A stretch of 64,000 nucleotides of DNA, from the IMG/VR virus record IMGVR_UViG_3300023178_000006; one strand, 5' to 3'. The translations under genes were made by a program, and so were the position numbers. Source of the DNA: a virus (Duplodnaviria; Caudoviricetes). Shown here one piece after another: positions 58,279-64,000 of this stretch. Positions within the stretch are counted from its first letter, which is position 1, and every line of letters begins with the position of its first letter. The notes under the pieces were generated by a model. It ran no database searches. It was not told where the DNA came from and saw only the letters and a list, made by a program, of their open reading frames with translations.

Positions 58279-60321
58279 ATGAAATGGTTAACAAAGTGGT
58301 GGACGGTATTATTCACCATTGCTGGTTTTTCAGCGTTACAAATATCAAACCCAAATTTTATTCAAAGTATAGAGTATTCTTATTATGACTATCTCCATTC
58401 AAAAAAGGAAAAAATTGCGTCGGAGGATATCGTCCTCGTCAACATTGACGAAAGAGCTATCAGAGCACAAGGCCAATATCCTTGGCCTAGGGGGAACATT
58501 GCTGATTTCATTAATGCTGGTCCTGCTGATTCTCTTTATGTCTTAAACATAATATATTCTGAAGAAGATAGATTTGGTGAAGATAACGAACTTGCAGAAG
58601 CACTGGCCAATAGAGCTGTTGTATTATCATCAGCACCCACACAACAAACATCTGGTGGAATAGGAACCTTTGTAGGTGTTGCCACTTTTGGAGAACAAGA
58701 TGAAAATTGGTTGTATGAATTTCCAGGCCTTTTGTACCCTATTGAATCTCTTTCTAATTGGGTTTTTGGTGTTGGGGCCACCGTTGCTATTCCTGATGAA
58801 CCAACAGGTGTCGTGCGAAGAGCACCCCTCGTTGTTAAAGCAGCCGGGAATCCTTATCCATCTCTCGCCCTTGACACACTACGAGTGTACACCGGAGAAC
58901 CAAGCTATCAAATGAAAGTAGGCACCAATGGTGTCGAATGGATTCGCATGGGTCGACAAGACCCAATCACTACAAACTCCTTCGCAGAAGTCCCTATAGC
59001 TTTCTGGAATGAATTCGAACAAGTCAGTATATTAGACCCATTACCCGAAGGTAAAGTTTTAATCTTTGGTATTACAGCTGAAGGATATGCTAATCCAGTT
59101 GCAACCCCATTGGGTGCAGTGTATCCCCACGAAGTTCAAGGTCATTTAATTCAGACCGTTCTTTCAGGAGTCGAAATACAGATTCCCGACTGGAAGCCAA
59201 TAGCCGAGCTCGGTCTTCTGGTGTTATTGAGTCTAGGTATCCTTGGAGCGGTCTATATCTTGCCCATAACTCTTGGGGTGATAAAGAGTCTAATTCTGAT
59301 TTGCGGTTCTTATGGAGTATCATTGTATCTCTGGAATGATGCTTTAATCTTTGTTGACGCGACCTTAAGTTCATTTGCTTCCTTAGTAGTTTTTGCCCAA
59401 TCAAGTTTTAACAAGTATTTTATCACATTTTTAGAGAAACGTCAACTAGCAAAACAGTTCGCTGGTTATGCTTCTCCTACAGTCGTTCGTTTACTCCAAG
59501 AGAATCCTTCTCTCGTTAAAGAGGGAATGAAAAAAGAAATTAGTATTTGTTTTTCTGATTTAAGAGGATTTACACCACTGGGTGAAAGCTTCGGAGATGA
59601 CGTACAAGGATTAACGAAGTTAATGAATGGGTATATGGATTCAATCACTGAGCCTGTCCTTAACGCTGATGGAATGATTATAAAGTATATAGGCGATGCT
59701 TCGATGCACATACACAATGCGCCTATTGACGACCCTGAACATCCTAAAACTGCAGTACAAACTGGAATCAATATGCTAAGGAGTGTAGAAAAATTCAATG
59801 AAAAGATTACAGCAGAAGGTCGACCACCAATTGGCATGGGGGCTGGGATTAACACTGGTCTTGGTTATCTTGGTGAGATGGGTTCTACAGAACGACACAG
59901 TTATGATGTACTTGGTGACAGCGTTTCAACTGCTGCACGAATTGAGTCAAAATGTAAAGAATATGGTTGCTTATTATTAGTTGGCGAAGAAACAGTTAAA
60001 CGATGTTCTCCTAATGATTTCTTTTTCCTTAAAGTAGACGACCTTGCAGTAAAAGGAAAAACAGTAGGAATTGGAATATACACAGTATTAGACCTTGATA
60101 AGAATAAATATATTAAACCGGCCGAGATGCATGAAGCAATGCATCAGAATTACCGTAAACAAAACTTCGATAAAGCTATTAAAATATGTAACGACCTTAT
60201 GGAATGTTTTGAAGGTCAGATGGAAGGTTACTACAAGATGTGGATTGAGCGTTGCGAATATATGAAAACGCAAGATTTACCGAAGGATTGGAACGGTGTC
60301 TTTATTGCTACGACTAAATAA
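58279..60321 (+). CDS. CHASE2-domain class III adenylate/guanylate cyclase
   Basis: N-terminal TM; CHASE2 motifs IV.V.IDE.AI...GQ.PWPR and DG/TGVVRR.PL; TM bundle; cyclase motifs FSDLRGFT, KYIGDA, GINTG...G.MGS..R..Y.V.GD.V..AAR.E. Confidence 0.92.
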   Translation: MKWLTKWWTVLFTIAGFSALQISNPNFIQSIEYSYYDYLHSKKEKIASEDIVLVNIDERAIRAQGQYPWPRGNIADFINAGPADSLYVLNIIYSEEDRFGEDNELAEALANRAVVLSSAPTQQTSGGIGTFVGVATFGEQDENWLYEFPGLLYPIESLSNWVFGVGATVAIPDEPTGVVRRAPLVVKAAGNPYPSLALDTLRVYTGEPSYQMKVGTNGVEWIRMGRQDPITTNSFAEVPIAFWNEFEQVSILDPLPEGKVLIFGITAEGYANPVATPLGAVYPHEVQGHLIQTVLSGVEIQIPDWKPIAELGLLVLLSLGILGAVYILPITLGVIKSLILICGSYGVSLYLWNDALIFVDATLSSFASLVVFAQSSFNKYFITFLEKRQLAKQFAGYASPTVVRLLQENPSLVKEGMKKEISICFSDLRGFTPLGESFGDDVQGLTKLMNGYMDSITEPVLNADGMIIKYIGDASMHIHNAPIDDPEHPKTAVQTGINMLRSVEKFNEKITAEGRPPIGMGAGINTGLGYLGEMGSTERHSYDVLGDSVSTAARIESKCKEYGCLLLVGEETVKRCSPNDFFFLKVDDLAVKGKTVGIGIYTVLDLDKNKYIKPAEMHEAMHQNYRKQNFDKAIKICNDLMECFEGQMEGYYKMWIERCEYMKTQDLPKDWNGVFIATTK

Positions 60322-60967
60322 GTTATTAATTGGAGTTCTTTTATTAGCACTTCCAGCTGAAGCTTACATACCAAAACAAAAATTTTATCCAACTTACGTT
60401 GACCCTGCAATGATTGCAAAATTCAAAGCAGGTCATACCGCACCTTATGATGACGCATATGTTCGTCGAGTTGTTGTAGGTAAAGCTCGAATAATGGAAA
60501 ACGGTGCTATTATTACTTTACCACACGGACCAGAACTTGTTCCTCCTCTAAAAGATTTAATGCATCACCCAAAGTTTAAGGAAAAGAAACCAACCCCACA
60601 ATTCTCAGAAAATAGTATAAATTTAAATCTTGACATGTCCTCTCCAGAATTTTATTGGAATGAAAGAGAAAAAAGATGGATTGATTTATTCTTTTGGACC
60701 ACACAGATACTCGATGTATATTCAACTTATAAAGGTATGAAGTATTCTTGTTTAACTGAAGCGAATCCTTTATTACCTGAAGTTCCAGAAGTACATGAAA
60801 TGGTCGGTTTAAAGTTAGGTGTTATTGGTGGAATAAAATTTGTTTTAGATGGTGATGATACCTTTTGGTATGATTGGAAATTAGGTGCAGGCGTTTCAAC
60901 TGGACTTGTTGTAGCAAATAATTTTAGATTAATTAATAAAGCCGAGAGACAGTGCGAAAAAAGATAA
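60296..60967 (+). CDS. Hypothetical exported/membrane protein, 223 aa
   Basis: Signal-like N-terminus; C-terminal DVYST..G.......EANPLL motif with hydrophobic segments. Confidence 0.55.
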   Translation: MSLLLRLNKLLIGVLLLALPAEAYIPKQKFYPTYVDPAMIAKFKAGHTAPYDDAYVRRVVVGKARIMENGAIITLPHGPELVPPLKDLMHHPKFKEKKPTPQFSENSINLNLDMSSPEFYWNEREKRWIDLFFWTTQILDVYSTYKGMKYSCLTEANPLLPEVPEVHEMVGLKLGVIGGIKFVLDGDDTFWYDWKLGAGVSTGLVVANNFRLINKAERQCEKR

Positions 60968-60987
60968 GGGAGCCTTTCGACTCCCTT
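60966..60987. terminator. Probable bidirectional terminator ending the csg operon
   Basis: AAGGGAG-cctttcga-CTCCCTT hairpin at the convergence of + and - gene blocks. Confidence 0.65.
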
Positions 60988-61011
60988 GTGTTCTGTGATT
61001 GCAGATAAAGT

Positions 61012-61128
61012 TTAGACAATGGTACTTATGCTATAAACCATCATTCCTAAAAAGATTGTGGTTAATAAGCACTCAACACAAAGCTCCCCATTTACACGCA
61101 ACCACACTTTTTGTGCCATTGCTTTCAT
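61012..61128 (-). CDS. Hydrophobic microprotein, 38 aa
   Basis: ATG at 61128 with AAGGGA RBS; MKAMAQKVWLRVNGELCVECLLTTIFLGMMVYSISTIV. Confidence 0.55.
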   Translation of the reverse strand: MKAMAQKVWLRVNGELCVECLLTTIFLGMMVYSISTIV

Positions 61129-61138
61129 AACAGTTCCC

Positions 61139-61267
61139 TTATTTGTTGTGTTTTTGTTTTTGAACTTCAGAGAGGTAGTTAGCAACTCTGATATCCCACA
61201 TTGGAGCATACTTTAAAAAAAGGTATGATATAAACAGACCGAAAGGTATAATAAAAAATAGTTCCAT
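61139..61267 (-). CDS. Hydrophobic microprotein, 42 aa (not in ORF track)
   Basis: MELFFIIPFGLFISYLFLKYAPMWDIRVANYLSEVQKQKHNK; TAATG coupling to the upstream micro-ORF. Confidence 0.55.
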   Translation of the reverse strand: MELFFIIPFGLFISYLFLKYAPMWDIRVANYLSEVQKQKHNK

Positions 61268-61356
61268 TATCTACCCGGATGCCATGGTTGTACCCAATAT
61301 TTAAAGAACGTTCTAGTCCAACCACGGGTGAAGAACCTTTTTAACGCTTTAAACAT
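61267..61356 (-). CDS. Basic aromatic microprotein, 29 aa (not in ORF track)
   Basis: MFKALKRFFTRGWTRTFFKYWVQPWHPGR; GGAG RBS; overlaps both neighbours. Confidence 0.45.
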   Translation of the reverse strand: MFKALKRFFTRGWTRTFFKYWVQPWHPGR

Positions 61357-61438
61357 TGGGATTTACTCCCATTAATGAAATGCAAAAAATACCAACGAGA
61401 ACAAACAGTTCAACTCGTTCTTGCATCTTTTCTTTCAT
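61349..61438 (-). CDS. Hydrophobic microprotein, 29 aa (not in ORF track)
   Basis: MKEKMQERVELFVLVGIFCISLMGVNPNV; AAGGAG RBS and TAATG coupling to the EF-hand gene. Confidence 0.5.
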   Translation of the reverse strand: MKEKMQERVELFVLVGIFCISLMGVNPNV

Positions 61439-61692
61439 TATTCTCCTTTAGGACAATTACTTCTAAAGATATACTGAGATGCTATTCTAGCTTCCTTTTT
61501 ATCTAAATAAGAATCCTTGTTCTTATCGGCTGCTTTAAATAATCCATTCTTAACGGTACATCCCGCAGCTTTGAGTTCGGCTTTGCTGATTAGTTTGTCA
61601 CCATCCAAATCGAATCGTTCCATCCTCCAGTCAGCATACGCTGGAGCAGCAATAAAGCATGCTGCTATCGCTATCATAATTTTCTTATTCAT
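61438..61692 (-). CDS. Secreted two-EF-hand protein
   Basis: Signal peptide ending AYA; DLDGDKLISKAE and DKNKDSYLDKKE loops; Cys pair. Confidence 0.75.
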   Translation of the reverse strand: MNKKIMIAIAACFIAAPAYADWRMERFDLDGDKLISKAELKAAGCTVKNGLFKAADKNKDSYLDKKEARIASQYIFRSNCPKGE

Positions 61693-61713
61693 TATATTCC
61701 AAGGTTGTGGATG

Positions 61714-61896
61714 TTATACTATGAAGTATTGAATCAGCGCCATACTACCTAGCATAAAACCAAGTACTAATACTTGGATAATCGATGCATAAGCAACTTG
61801 TTTCATTGGGTGGATTTCAACTAATTTTTCTACGACACTCTCACCAGGTGAAAGATTCGCGATTTTTAGTGCTGTTTCTTTTTTCAATTCGAACAT
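61714..61896 (-). CDS. Small protein with a C-terminal TM helix, 60 aa
   Basis: Hydrophobic C-terminus; fills the gap between neighbouring - strand genes. Confidence 0.55.
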   Translation of the reverse strand: MFELKKETALKIANLSPGESVVEKLVEIHPMKQVAYASIIQVLVLGFMLGSMALIQYFIV

Positions 61897-62008
61897 CCGT
61901 TGTTTCTAGTACAACTTCCCCATCGTTGTACGATACTATATATACATAGAATTTATAATATATTATAAAAATTTAAAATAATTGCAATTATTTACAGAAT
62001 TGTTACAA

Positions 62009-62290
62009 TTACTCGAACAAATCAGTTTGCAATGGCTCTGGAAACTGAGTTGAATTTCGATATTCCTCATTTTCCATTTGCACTTCATAATATTTTTTCA
62101 ATTCATCATATGCATTTCTGATTTGAACTGGCATTACGCCACCGCTTTGAATTACCCACTCAATTTCGTTTGCTAACTTTCTTGAGAGTTGTAGTTCAAC
62201 AGCAGTTCCTCTACTATGAGATTCTGTTGAATCAGAATCATAAAGCACTTCATCTTCTCCGCCAAACGGGTTTGGTGCTACTTTTTTCAT
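62009..62290 (-). CDS. Hypothetical protein, 93 aa
   Basis: AGGAG RBS; E...SR.LA..I......P..V..AY..L pattern. Confidence 0.65.
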   Translation of the reverse strand: MKKVAPNPFGGEDEVLYDSDSTESHSRGTAVELQLSRKLANEIEWVIQSGGVMPVQIRNAYDELKKYYEVQMENEEYRNSTQFPEPLQTDLFE

Positions 62291-62291
62291 A

Positions 62292-63449
62292 CTATACTCC
62301 TATTGTAGATGATTCATAAACTGAGTTATGTGTTTGAGTACAACGAACAAACGTTGCACACTTATTTAAATGTTTAAGCTTTGCGGCCCCTGCATATGTA
62401 CATGCACTACGTAAGCCACCTAAAATATCATTAATAGTATTTTGTACAGCACCTCTATAAGGAACTCTTACTGTACGACCTTCACTCGCTCTATACTCTT
62501 TTAATCCACCAAAGTGTTTATCATTAGCAGATTTAGAACTCATACCATAAAACTCTACAAATTGTTTCTCAATACGTTTACCAATCCCCGCGGACGTAGC
62601 GGGCGCCTGCACGTTTGAAATAATAGATTCAGTAATTACATTACCACCACCTTCATCATGTCCTGCGAGCATTCCACCCAACATTACAAAATCTGCTCCT
62701 GCGGCAAATGCTTTACATACATCACCAGGATTAGTACACCCACCGTCAGCAATGATATGTCCTCCAAGACCATGCGCCGCGTCAGCACACTCGATGACCG
62801 CAGAGAGTTGAGGGTAACCCACCCCAGTCTGAATACGAGTAGTACATACACTCCCAGGACCAATGCCGACTTTAACGATATCTGCTCCACTTAAAATTAA
62901 CTCCTCTGTCATTTCTTTTGTTACTACGTTACCAGCAATAATGACGATGTTTGGTGCCTTTTCTCTGAGGGTTGCGATGAAATCTCTAAATCTACTACTA
63001 TATCCATTTGCAACATCTACACAGACATACTTAATCGACTCTCTATTGTATGTGTAAACCTTAATGAATTTAGTTAAATCTTCATCACTAATGCCCATGC
63101 TATATGCTACAAATTCAGTACGAAGAATTTGGTCGTCATTATAGAATGCAATCAATTCATCTTCACTATATGTTTTCACTAGAGTGGTAAACAATCCTTG
63201 TTTCGAAAGAGTGTCAGCCATTTCCATCGTTCCTACTCCGTCCATATTGGCAGCCATAATAGGAATACCATAATAGTGCGGAGTTTCTCCAGACGCGCGG
63301 ATAGATTCTATCGACATTTCTGGTGGTTCATAATTACGAAAAGTAAATCCACGATATAAATCTACTTCTTTACGACTTCCAAGTGTTGACCGTTTTGGTT
63401 GAATTAAAACATCCTTATAGTCAAGCTTTATTTCGTTATCAATTCTCAA
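62292..63449 (-). CDS. guaC: GMP reductase
   Basis: [99 protein letters not shown]; TTG start after AGGAG. Confidence 0.93.
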   Translation of the reverse strand: MRIDNEIKLDYKDVLIQPKRSTLGSRKEVDLYRGFTFRNYEPPEMSIESIRASGETPHYYGIPIMAANMDGVGTMEMADTLSKQGLFTTLVKTYSEDELIAFYNDDQILRTEFVAYSMGISDEDLTKFIKVYTYNRESIKYVCVDVANGYSSRFRDFIATLREKAPNIVIIAGNVVTKEMTEELILSGADIVKVGIGPGSVCTTRIQTGVGYPQLSAVIECADAAHGLGGHIIADGGCTNPGDVCKAFAAGADFVMLGGMLAGHDEGGGNVITESIISNVQAPATSAGIGKRIEKQFVEFYGMSSKSANDKHFGGLKEYRASEGRTVRVPYRGAVQNTINDILGGLRSACTYAGAAKLKHLNKCATFVRCTQTHNSVYESSTIGV

Positions 63450-63460
63450 CGAGACTCTCC

Positions 63461-63613
63461 TTAATCTCTCATAAATTCTTCAAGCAGTTCATCACCGTAG
63501 TTTTGAACAAACTCAGTTCCTTTGGCAATATACTTAATAGCATAATACCAAACTGTCCACAATACAACAGGCACAATTACTAGTGCCACCTTTCCCCAGT
63601 ACTTATAGTTCAT
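63461..63613 (-). CDS. Single-TM microprotein, 50 aa (not in ORF track)
   Basis: [50 protein letters not shown]; fills the gap exactly. Confidence 0.55.
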   Translation of the reverse strand: MNYKYWGKVALVIVPVVLWTVWYYAIKYIAKGTEFVQNYGDELLEEFMRD

Positions 63614-63820
63614 TTATGTGTTGTCTCCATCAGTGTATTTAACTTCACTCTTATCAAAAACTTTATGAAAAGTTTTATTTAAGAATCCGCCTTCTTCCCA
63701 TGCGAGAGGAAGGTATTTTTTCTGTCTTTTTTCTTCGACAACATGATTAGACATGTATGCGAAAATGAACATGAAAAACATTATTCCAATCACAAAGAGG
63801 GTTTCAAGAACTTCATACAT
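63614..63820 (-). CDS. Single-TM protein, 68 aa
   Basis: AAGGAGG RBS; N-terminal TM. Confidence 0.65.
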   Translation of the reverse strand: MYEVLETLFVIGIMFFMFIFAYMSNHVVEEKRQKKYLPLAWEEGGFLNKTFHKVFDKSEVKYTDGDNT

Positions 63821-63998
63821 TTTCAGCCTCCTTTAGATGTTTGCAAGTACCTCTGAACGTGAATCCAGGGCATGTACACTTGCCATTATTAATACTATAA
63901 TAGTTTCCTTTTGAACCTTTCACTAAGATTGCAGTTGGTGCGACTGTCTCTGGTCTTTCACCAATCTTTTTAAACTTACGTCTTGTTTTTGAAAAGCC
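63813..63998 (-). CDS. SWIM-type zinc-finger protein, 5'-truncated by the window edge
   Basis: Reading frame ...VKGSKGNYYSINNGKCTCPGFTFRGTCKHLKEAENV* carries a CxC...CxH motif. Confidence 0.7.
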   Translation of the reverse strand, partial: GFSKTRRKFKKIGERPETVAPTAILVKGSKGNYYSINNGKCTCPGFTFRGTCKHLKEAENV

Positions 63999-64000
63999 TT

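Overview
AT-rich segment of a large T4-like myophage genome (T4 superfamily). A marine or aquatic host is inferred from gene content and is not established. 1-26.2 kb (+): repeat-rich virion and fibre genes, including a 1767-aa collagen-like fibre and a 3445-aa fibre, both ending in S74-type chaperone domains. 26.3-33.8 kb (+): small fibre-associated genes, a glycan/sugar-nucleotide module and three paralogous fibre-tip-like genes. 33.9-47.1 kb (+): the canonical T4 late module gp13-14-15-16-17-18-19-20-21-22-23 with TATAAATA late promoters. 47.2-52.3 kb (-): early region with three near-consensus sigma70 promoters, DNA-repair and methyltransferase genes, tRNA-Glu and about 770 nt of structured non-coding DNA. 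52.5-61.0 kb (+): an operon behind a late promoter encoding CsgF, CsgG, two curlin-like proteins, a FecR-domain protein, an acyl carrier protein and a CHASE2-adenylate cyclase. 61.0-64 kb (-): microproteins, an EF-hand protein, GMP reductase and a partial SWIM-finger gene. The two strongest novelty candidates are the phage-borne curli-like secretion plus cAMP-signalling operon and the promoter-driven large structured RNA upstream of tRNA-Glu. All calls come from motif recognition by eye; no database searches were run.
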